DNA from: Coleofasciculus chthonoplastes F2-STO-03
Lineage (GTDB): Bacteria; Cyanobacteriota; Cyanobacteriia; Cyanobacteriales; Coleofasciculaceae
Assembly: GCA_040222015.1 (NCBI GenBank)
Contig: JAVJWO010000067.1
Location: 15,272-79,271 of the forward strand
DNA length: 64,000 nucleotides
Direction of reading: 5' to 3'
The number at the start of each line of letters is the position of its first letter. The stretch's first letter is position 1. Below, piece by piece: positions 9,549-18,500 of this stretch. The position numbers and the translations under genes were made by a program. The notes under the pieces are model-generated. The model did not search any database. It saw only the letters and a list, made by a program, of their open reading frames with translations, and was not told the DNA's origin.

Positions 9549-10469
9549 ATGTTGAACTATACCGCAAAACTTTCTATTTCTGCTAAATTCATCCCTATCG
9601 CCACCGTATGTGGTTTGCTATTTGCCACAGGCGAATCCGCTCAAGCTGCTACGTTTGCTCTCAATGAAGATACTACTGTTGATACATTTACCGAATGTGT
9701 CAACGATGGTATTGCCCTCAAAGTTGGCAAAAATCCCGTTGATGAATCAGGATGGCAATATGCGATTGATTCATTTAATGATGGCGTGGATGGATTGCAA
9801 GTTGGTGGGGATGGTAATCCCTATGAAATTTACAGTTTAGCTCTCAAGGAAACCAAAGATAGCCTTTTTGTGGCGATTAATGGCAATATGTCGTTAACAG
9901 GTGTTGATGGAACCAGTGCTGAGGATGGCAATATTGGGTGGGGTGATTTGTTCTTCAATTTTACCGATCAAGATTTCACCACGGCAAATAATCAAGGAGA
10001 TTTATTCGGAGTCCGTTTTGCCGGAACCAATGATTCCTTAGTCCCTAATCTTGGTCTTTATGGCAATGTCACCGCGATTAGTACCACAGATATTAATAGT
10101 GGATTTGAGAGTTTGGCAGAATACAACCAACGAGTGAATGATTTTTGTCAAGGTGCTGGTTGTGGTCCGAGTCTGGGGGATTTACCTGCTGATACCTCCT
10201 ATTTTGACCAATCTCAAAGTTTAAATACGATTAGTTCCGGTGAATTTCTCACCAGTCTTATGTATCTGTCTGAGTCGGAATTACTCGCTGCTGGCTATGA
10301 CTTGAATCGCTTTGATGGTGAACATACCATCGCCTTCAAGTTCGATAAATCGGGGATTTGCGATCGCGGTTACTGTACGTCAGTCCCTGAACCCTCTGCT
10401 GGCTTGGGTTTAGCCGCCCTCGGCTTAATGGTTGGCGTTAGTCAACTGCGTAAGCGTTACTCAGCTTGA
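9549..10469 (+). CDS. PEP-CTERM (exosortase-dependent) surface protein
   Basis: GAAGGAG SD before ATG 9549; signal peptide ending AQA; C-terminal VPEPSAGLGLAALGLMVGVSQLRKR. Confidence 0.87.
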   Translation: MLNYTAKLSISAKFIPIATVCGLLFATGESAQAATFALNEDTTVDTFTECVNDGIALKVGKNPVDESGWQYAIDSFNDGVDGLQVGGDGNPYEIYSLALKETKDSLFVAINGNMSLTGVDGTSAEDGNIGWGDLFFNFTDQDFTTANNQGDLFGVRFAGTNDSLVPNLGLYGNVTAISTTDINSGFESLAEYNQRVNDFCQGAGCGPSLGDLPADTSYFDQSQSLNTISSGEFLTSLMYLSESELLAAGYDLNRFDGEHTIAFKFDKSGICDRGYCTSVPEPSAGLGLAALGLMVGVSQLRKRYSA

Positions 10470-10830
10470 AAATCAGGCGTCGTAAAGGTTAAAGCTATTG
10501 GCAGATGACTGTCCGCCGGACGTATCGCGACTTCACCCCTGTCTTAAAGTCACAACATTTTACCTCTGTCAATAGCTACAGTTGGGAGCAATTTTTAGGA
10601 ACGGTGAAGGACAAACTATTACAGAATGAAACCAAATTTTCTGTATTTTTTACTACATTTTTGCCTGAATTTTATCCGGGTTGCCCAAGCTGGCGATCCA
10701 CTGAATACAGAGTTGGCGATTAACTTTGTAAAGGTTTGTTACAAAATCCTGACTATGTGCGTAAATGGGAGGAATGAACCCAGAGTAATAGTTAGAAAGT
10801 CAATTCACTGTCAACCAATCCAGGAAACTT

Positions 10831-11055
10831 ATGTGGAACATCATTTTCATCGGATTAATCCTCTTTTACCTAGTCATGCTACCGCTTTTCTTCACACGAT
10901 GGCTAGGCTTTTTACAACGTGAGGAAAACCTCTCTCCCAAAGCCCAATTTCACTCGCTCATGTTTTTACTTCTTGCCGCTATCCTGTGGCCCCTAGTCGT
11001 TCCCATCTCTTACCTAGAACTATTAGAACGCCAAGAACAGCTTCAGAATTTTTGA
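10831..11055 (+). CDS. Small two-TM membrane protein, hypothetical
   Basis: AGGA before ATG; two hydrophobic helices; C-terminal LWPLVVPISYLELL. Confidence 0.6.
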   Translation: MWNIIFIGLILFYLVMLPLFFTRWLGFLQREENLSPKAQFHSLMFLLLAAILWPLVVPISYLELLERQEQLQNF

Positions 11056-11138
11056 CCAACCGGAGTATCACCTTTATTTCTGACACCGCATCAATCACTA
11101 TTACCTCTCAAGTCACCTGAACTGAAGGAACAAGTCCA

Positions 11139-11837
11139 ATGACTGCATTTACCCTTAACCAAAACCGTTGCGATGAAGACTATATCCATCAGCCATCACT
11201 CTTCAATAATCAGACATTAATTTTCTCGCTTCATCCTTCCACCTATTCCACGACTAAACGCGGCATCGATATTATTGGTTCTTTAGTCGGACTCCTGATT
11301 CTAGGGGTTCTTTTCCTCCCCATCGCCATTGCCATTAAACTCGATAGTCGCGGTGATATTTTCTATTGTCAAACCCGCCACGGACTTTATGGAAAACCCT
11401 TCAAAATCTGGAAGTTCCGCTCAATGATTCCCCAAGCGGATGCCCTAAAATCCCAAATTCCTAATCAAGTCCAAGGACACCTGTTTAAGAATGACAATGA
11501 CCCCCGCATCACCCCTGTGGGGCGTTTTCTGCGCGGCACTAGCTTAGACGAATTCCCGCAATTTTGGAACGTTTTAATCGGAGAAATGAGTTTAGTTGGC
11601 ACTCGTCCGCCTACCCACGATGAAGTGATCCATTATAATCCCCACCATTTGCAGCGATTAAACGTCAAACCGGGGATCACAGGCGAATGGCAAGTCAAGG
11701 GGCGATCGCAGATACAGGATTTTGATGCGGTGGTTGCTCTTGATTTAAACTATCAGAAACAATGGCATCCTGGGTATGATTTAATCATTATTTGGAAAAC
11801 AATTTCCGTTGTTTTTACCCGACTCGGTGCTTGCTAA
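11139..11837 (+). CDS. Bacterial sugar transferase (priming glycosyltransferase, Bac_transf family)
   Basis: [59 protein letters not shown] motifs. Confidence 0.93.
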   Translation: MTAFTLNQNRCDEDYIHQPSLFNNQTLIFSLHPSTYSTTKRGIDIIGSLVGLLILGVLFLPIAIAIKLDSRGDIFYCQTRHGLYGKPFKIWKFRSMIPQADALKSQIPNQVQGHLFKNDNDPRITPVGRFLRGTSLDEFPQFWNVLIGEMSLVGTRPPTHDEVIHYNPHHLQRLNVKPGITGEWQVKGRSQIQDFDAVVALDLNYQKQWHPGYDLIIIWKTISVVFTRLGAC

Positions 11838-11964
11838 GTAGGTGGACACAATTAACGTGAACGGTGAAAAACTCGCTTTCATCGAGAAGCAAGCTACGTT
11901 TATGTAAGGGTTTGAGGCTTATTTACAAAACTTAGTATGGTGCTGTTTTCTTTATCAGCCATTC

Positions 11965-12210
11965 CTAAGAAACAACAGGCAAACCCGCTAACGCCATAGC
12001 AATTTCCTGTTCACTATACTCGCTATCCTGCAATCGTCCTGCGTGATAATCGATATACGATTGCATATCAAAATGACCATGACCACATAAATTAAATAAA
12101 ATTGTGCGGCTAATCCCTTCTTCCTTACATGTATCGCCAAAATCATAGGCGTATTTTCCTTTCGTTAATGTTGGACAAGCGGTAGGTTCTACGGCGACAA
12201 ATCGAGTTGT
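11965..12210 (-). pseudogene. Remnant of a TrpB2-like PLP-dependent enzyme (C-terminal part with an internal deletion)
   Basis: RFVAVEPTACPTLTKGKYAYDFGDT is joined directly to CKEEGISRTILFNLCGHGHFDM; the N-terminal PLP-lysine domain is absent. Confidence 0.8.
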
Positions 12211-12288
12211 ATAACTGGGGAAAGAGAGTAATGAGAGTGTCTCGGCTTCCCCCGATCCTAGACGTGTTATGGCACGTCTCACTATGAA

Positions 12289-13971
12289 TTATTCGCCCCC
12301 AAATTGTTGGCGCAATTCGGCTATTTCTGTATCCTCTAACTTGCGAAATAGAGGAGGCGGAACCTCAAAAAAACGACCGGCTTTCAAGGCATTAAAATCC
12401 ACCGCCTGAGTTAACGTTTGCGTTCTTTCTGTTTCCGATAACTGCAACGCATCAAAGAGTTTCTCCGCTGTAAAGGGAATAAACGGATTCGACGCGATCG
12501 CATAAAGCCGAATCAGATTAATACAGGTGCGAATTACCAACGCAGCCTCTTCCTTGTCTTGCTTAAACAGCGCCCAGGGTGCGCGTTCGTCAATATATTG
12601 ATTCCCCACTGTCCACAGCGCACATAAGGTTTCAGCCGCTTTGCGAAACTCCAGATTTTGCAAACAGCCACTCAGTTTTGCGGTCAAACTTTCGCAACTT
12701 TCCTGCAACCGTTGTTCCGCCTCTCCCGGCGTTCCCCCTTCCGGAATTACTCCTTTAAACCGACTATTGGCAAATTTGAGTATCCGGTTGACAAAATTAC
12801 CCAGATTATCTGCCAAATCCTTGTTTATCTTAATTTGAAATAACTCCCAGGTAAAAGCCGAATCAGCCGATTCTGGAGACATAGCAATTAACGCATAGCG
12901 CCAGTAATCAGCGGGTACAATTTCTAAGGCTTGGTCAGAAAAGATGCCACGTTTGGAACTGGTGGAGAATTTACCGCCATAATAGGTTAACCAATTAAAG
13001 CCCTTAATATTATCCGCCATTGTCCAAGATTCCCGCGTTCCCAGAATCATCGCGGGCCACATAATTGTATGGAAGGGCAAATTATCTTTTGCCATAAATT
13101 GCAGATGGCGAATATCCTGGGCATCATACCACCACGGTTTCCAATCATCCGCTTCAGCGTGTTGACTTGCCCATCCTTTGGTAGCAGAAATATAGCCAAT
13201 GGGAGCATCAAACCAGACATAAAATACTTTACCCTCAAATCCCGGACGGGGTACAGGCACACCCCAACTCAAATCGCGGGTAATGCAACGGTCTTGTAAT
13301 CCTTCATTTAACCATTTCAGGGCAATGGATCTAGTCAGAGTCGTCCACTCTTGCTGTTTATCCACCCAGGAACGCACTTCATCACTCAGGGTAGTCAGCT
13401 TTAAGAATAAATGTTTAGTGGTGCGAACTTCTAGATTTGTACTGCCTGATACAGCAGAACGGGGTTCAATTAGATCCGTGGGATCTAGCACTGAGGTACA
13501 ATTCTCACACTGATCCCCTCTGGCGCGATCGTATCCGCAATAGGGACAAGTTCCAATAATATATCGGTCGGGTAAGAAACGATTATCTTCATGGGAGTAA
13601 ACCTGACGAATTTCCCGTTCTTCCATGAAGCCATTTTCATCGAGGCGTTGATAAAAATGCTGGGTTAACTCATGGTGATCGGGCGAAGAGGTGCGACCAA
13701 AATAATCGAAAGAAAGTCCAAACCCGCGATAGATTTCGGCTTGCCGTTCGTGTTGTTTTTGACAGTAGGTGGCGACATCTAATCCGGCTTCCAATGCGGC
13801 TAATTCCGCTGGTGTACCATGTTCATCTGTGGCACATATAAATAGAACCGATTCGCCTTCCTGTCGCAGGAAACGGCTATAGACATCAGCCGGAAGCATA
13901 GAACCGACTAAATTTCCCAGGTGTTTAATCCCATTGATATAGGGCAACGCACTTGTAATCAGATACCGCAT
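12289..13971 (-). CDS. metG: Methionine--tRNA ligase
   Basis: ITSALPYING.KHLGN (HIGH equivalent), TDEHGT, CPYC/CENC zinc knuckle, YVWFDAPIGY, KFSTS (KMSKS equivalent), anticodon-binding GNQYIDERAPW. Confidence 0.95.
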   Translation of the reverse strand: MRYLITSALPYINGIKHLGNLVGSMLPADVYSRFLRQEGESVLFICATDEHGTPAELAALEAGLDVATYCQKQHERQAEIYRGFGLSFDYFGRTSSPDHHELTQHFYQRLDENGFMEEREIRQVYSHEDNRFLPDRYIIGTCPYCGYDRARGDQCENCTSVLDPTDLIEPRSAVSGSTNLEVRTTKHLFLKLTTLSDEVRSWVDKQQEWTTLTRSIALKWLNEGLQDRCITRDLSWGVPVPRPGFEGKVFYVWFDAPIGYISATKGWASQHAEADDWKPWWYDAQDIRHLQFMAKDNLPFHTIMWPAMILGTRESWTMADNIKGFNWLTYYGGKFSTSSKRGIFSDQALEIVPADYWRYALIAMSPESADSAFTWELFQIKINKDLADNLGNFVNRILKFANSRFKGVIPEGGTPGEAEQRLQESCESLTAKLSGCLQNLEFRKAAETLCALWTVGNQYIDERAPWALFKQDKEEAALVIRTCINLIRLYAIASNPFIPFTAEKLFDALQLSETERTQTLTQAVDFNALKAGRFFEVPPPLFRKLEDTEIAELRQQFGGE

Positions 13972-14008
13972 AAATTTTACGTAGGGTGTGTTAAATAGTA
14001 CAGCGTTT

Positions 14009-14034
14009 GTAGTAAGCGCTTAAGCGCTTACTAC
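14009..14034. repeat. Perfect 26-bp GTAG-headed palindrome (REP-like)
   Basis: GTAGTAAGCGCTTAAGCGCTTACTAC is its own reverse complement. Confidence 0.85.
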
Positions 14035-14079
14035 GAACCCAGCTTAAGTCAGTAATATTTACCTTAAGACTATTGTGCG

Positions 14080-14829
14080 TCAAGTTATGCCAGATGTCTT
14101 CACAATCCCATCTTCAAGATAAGTTACTCGGTCAGCGACATCCAGGATGCGGGGATCATGGGTGACCATCAGTACTGTACACCCTTCCTCCTTTGCCAAC
14201 CGCCGCAATAGTTCAATTACTCGATGTCCACTGGTTGAATCCAGGGCTGCCGTGGGTTCATCTGCCATGATAATCTGAGGATGACCGGCTAAGGAACGTG
14301 CGATCGCGACTCGTTGCTTCTGTCCCCCCGACAAGTTAGCAGGGCGTTGATTGGCGTGCATCTCTAATCCAACGTGTTCTAGTAACTCCTGTGCCTGATG
14401 TCGCGCTTTAGTCCCCCGAATCCCTTTAATATTCAGCACCACTTCTATATTCTCCGCTGCCGTTAGCGCCGGAAACAGGTTAAAATGCTGGAAAATGAAG
14501 CCAATATTGTTTCGCCGAAAGCGAGCTAGCTTGGCGCTGGACATTTTGGTGATCTCTTCTCCGAGTAGGTATACCTTGCCCAATGAAGGCGTCAGTAGTC
14601 CCGCCAGAATAGAGAGGAACGTCGTTTTCCCCGAACCCGATGGTCCCATCAGGATTTGAATATTGCCGCGCTGAATTTGCAAGTCAATCCCTTTCAACAC
14701 TTGATAGCGCTGATTGCCGGATTTATATTCCATCGTTACGCTTTCAGCAATGATAGTATCCCATTGCTTCGGTTTGCGATCGCTTGAGCGCCGATCAAGC
14801 TGGTTTCGGCTTTTTATAGACACAACCAC
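14080..14829 (-). CDS. ABC transporter ATP-binding protein (DevA/LolD-like)
   Basis: GPSGSGKT, LSGGQKQRVAIAR, ADEPTAALD and VTHD motifs. Confidence 0.92.
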   Translation of the reverse strand: MVVSIKSRNQLDRRSSDRKPKQWDTIIAESVTMEYKSGNQRYQVLKGIDLQIQRGNIQILMGPSGSGKTTFLSILAGLLTPSLGKVYLLGEEITKMSSAKLARFRRNNIGFIFQHFNLFPALTAAENIEVVLNIKGIRGTKARHQAQELLEHVGLEMHANQRPANLSGGQKQRVAIARSLAGHPQIIMADEPTAALDSTSGHRVIELLRRLAKEEGCTVLMVTHDPRILDVADRVTYLEDGIVKTSGIT

Positions 14830-15003
14830 ATTGATATAAGCGACAATCAGGGTCTATCTGTAAAGAAATATAACATAAATAGCCCAAGTTAAACTCTCTT
14901 CAGATAAAGAGCCATGATCTGGATGATAACGAATTCTGACCATTCAAATCCGTGGCTACGTGATACTTGTGAGACTGTCAGGGAGGGGGTTGAAACGAGA
15001 GAA

Positions 15004-15090
15004 GTGACATCCTCCCACACCAAATCAAAGATTATGGTGATGTGCCTCTGTGGTCAACCGAGGCAACGTAAACGCCGCGTTGGTTGCCCA
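15004..15090 (-). mobile_element. Orphan IS200/IS605-like right-end remnant
   Basis: The minus strand reads ...CACCATAATCTTTGATTTGGTGTGGGAGGATGTCAC, a hairpin followed by GGAGGATGTCA(C/A), resembling cyanobacterial tnpB right ends. Confidence 0.5.
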
Positions 15091-15519
15091 CATAAAAAAG
15101 AATATCCCTAAACTGACCAAAACCTGCATCAATTGTATGTTTGCCTAAAAACCCTTTCGCCATAGTTCGGAAATCAATTCACGACTCAATATAAAGTTAC
15201 ATCACCGCTTAATTACATTTTAGAATTGTTAATCTTTTTCGATTAAGCTTGACGAGTCGGTTGAATCTGATTAAAGTCGGTTATCATGCTATCAAGAGTA
15301 TTTTAAGTTAGATTGCCTAGCCCAGTGAATTGCCCTATACCAAACTCTTGTGGATGGTGTGACCGCTGAAGTTAAAGGTGAGATGGTTAGCCCAAAAAGA
15401 GTTAGTGCGATCGCACCTTGGCAAATGTGTTAGATCCTATATATATAGACCTGGCAACGAAGCCAGCATTATTAAACGTCCCTTTGAAACCCAACCTCTG
15501 CTGGGTTAACGAATCAGCC

Positions 15520-18500
15520 ATGAACAGAGTACATCTTTTAACCGCCGCTGTTACCGGATTTTGGCTTTGGGTTTTCAGCCTTGGCACCTCCTCTGAAGTC
15601 CTAGTTCTGGCGCAGCCGATTATCCCAGCAGCCGATGGTACAGGGACAATTATCACACCGGATGGGAACCGCATCGATATTTCCGGTGGGAGTCTTTCTG
15701 GGAATGGCAAAAACCTCTTCCACAGTTTCCAGGAGTTTGGCTTAGACGCTGATCAAATCGCCAACTTTATGGCTAATCCTAATTTAAATCATATTCTCGG
15801 TCGTGTGATTGGGGGTGATGCGTCTCTAATTAATGGGTTAATTCAAATAACTGGCGGGAATCCTCATCTATATATAATGAATCCAGCCGGAATTATTTTT
15901 GGTGCGAATGCTCAATTAAACGTCCCGGCTGATTTTATCGCTACCACCGCCACTGGGATTGGTTTTGGCGATAACCAGTGGTTTAATGCGGTGGGTGTGA
16001 ATGCCTATCAGGATTTAATCGGTAAGCCGAATCAGTTAGCCTTTGATTTAGCGGCAGCGGGAAGTATTTTTAATGCTGGCAATTTAGCCGTATCAGAGGG
16101 GCAAAACTTAACCCTACTGGCGGGAAATGTAATTAATACGGGAACCATTACCGCACCCGGAGGAACGATTACTGTGGCGGCGGTTCCCGGTTCTAATTTG
16201 GTCAAACTTTCGCAACCGGGACATTTACTCTCTCTGGAAATTGCCGCACCCAGGACTCCCTCCGGAAGCCTGTTACCTGTCACGCCTCTTTCTTTAGCGG
16301 AATTATTAACGGGTGCAGGGGAGACGGTTGAGGTTAATCAATCGGGAACCGTGCAACTCACCGATCGCAATGTGACATTTCCCCAAGATACAGGAATGGT
16401 GCTGGTTTTTGGTGGGATTAATGTGGTGAATGTTGACACACCAAGCGGTACAGGGGGTGAGATTAATCTGATTGGCAATCATGTCGGTCTATTTTCCGCC
16501 CATCTGGATGCGTCTGGAATCAAGGGTGGGGGTAGAGTGCGAGTTGGTGGTGGGTATCAGGGACAAGATATCTTACCCAATGCCATTGAAACAACAGTGA
16601 GTCCAGATTCCACGATTCACGCCGATGCTTTAACTGAAGGGAATGGCGGTCAACTTGTGATTTGGTCAGATCAAACCGCCCAGATTCATGGTCAATTAAC
16701 TGCACGCGGCGGCACTTTTGGCGGAAATGGGGGATTGATTGAAACCTCTGGTAAACAGGCGCTTCATTTAACCAGTATCCCCGATGCATCTGCACCCCAA
16801 GGGATAGGAGGAACCTGGTTAATTGACCCCACCGATATCACGATTGTGGAGCAGGGTGGCGGTGAAATTGGCACGAACCAGGTAAATGTAGGTCATATTA
16901 ACACAGCCCTGAATAATGGCAATACTGTGATCATTACCACCAGTATTTCAGGGGATACGGGTTTAGGCACGATTACCCTAGACAGTGGTGCAGCGATTCA
17001 TAAAACGGCTGGGGGAGAGGCGACGCTGACGCTTCAGGCAGACGATACAATTACTCTGAATGAGCAAATTAGTGCCAATAGTGGTGAGTTAAATCTGAAT
17101 CTATTTGCCGATACCGATAACAACGGCGAGGGACAAATCCGCATCAATCAGCCTATTTTAACCAATGGCGGTGCGATCGCGGCGACGGGGGCTAGTCCCA
17201 ATTCCCCCAGTATCATAATTAATGCAGAGATTAACGCCGCAGGTGGAGATATCACCCTAACCGGATCAAGTCTTAATCCCAGCCAAGGTGGAATTCAGGC
17301 GGACGTAATTCGCAGCGATGGCACAACTCAGGGTGAACAAGCGGGTGCGATTCATCTGACTGCGTCTGGGGATATTACCGCCACCGAAATTTCCGCGATT
17401 TCTGAAAGTTCGATGTTAATTGGTCATGGGGGTGATATTACCATCAATTCCGGTGGGAATATTGCCATTGCCGATGATATTCTCACCCATGCTGATCAGG
17501 GAAATGGTGGGATGATTAACCTCGAGGCGGCGGGAATGATCGAGATTCATGATATTGTCTCGGCAACCAATATGGGGAATGGGGGTGATATTACACTCAA
17601 AGCGGGTGGTTATTTGTCTATTCCGGGAAATATCCTCACCTATACCGGAAGTGGTACGGGTAAAGGCGGCGATGTGACGATAGAAGCGGCGACGATGGGG
17701 ATTAATTCTATCTATGCTACCGGGGGAACGTTAGGAAGTGGAACCATTACGATTACTAGCGATGAAATTGATATTGGTGCAGCCTTCAGTAGCCAGGGGG
17801 GAAGGCTTTGGCTGAAGCCTTTGACACCGAGTCAAGGGATTGTGATTGGTGCGTCAAGGAACGACACGTCGGCGTTGGATTTGACGGCAACTGAATTAGG
17901 AAAACTCTGGGATGGCTTTAACTCAATTACCATCGGTCAACTAGAAAGTCAGGGGACGATAACATTGGCAAACCCCATTCAATTTAATGATCCGGTGCAT
18001 CTGGCGGGGGGTTCAGAATTAATTGGACCGAATGTGGATACGAAGTTCACGATTACGGGTACAGATGCTGGTACGGTTAGTGGATTTAACTCCCCGTTAA
18101 CTTTTTCCTCCATAGAAACAATTCGCGGCGGAAGCGCGGATGATACGGTTCAATTTAATCCGAGTCAAGCGGGGATTAGCGGTACGATTGATGGCGGGGC
18201 GGGGAATCTAATTCTAATTGGCGATGAGTTAGATTTTACTGGGAGGATATCGGGAACGGGGAATGTAACCCTGCAACCCCTAACCCCAAGTCAAGGGATA
18301 CAACTGGGAGGAACCGATAATCAAAATCCCAATGTTTTAGAGTTAACGACACCCGAGTTGAATGTACTGCAAAATCGTTTTAACTCCATGACAATTGGTG
18401 GGAGCAATAGCGGTGGTGTAATTACGTTAGCGGGGGATATCACGTTCAAAACCCCGGTTACGTTGCAAGTTCCTCAGGGTCATGGTTCTATAAATACCAC

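Noticed and set aside
10727..10743. TGTAA-N7-TTACA palindrome as an NtcA site
   Set aside because: The spacing is GTA-N9-TAC rather than N8, and I cannot assign a regulator.
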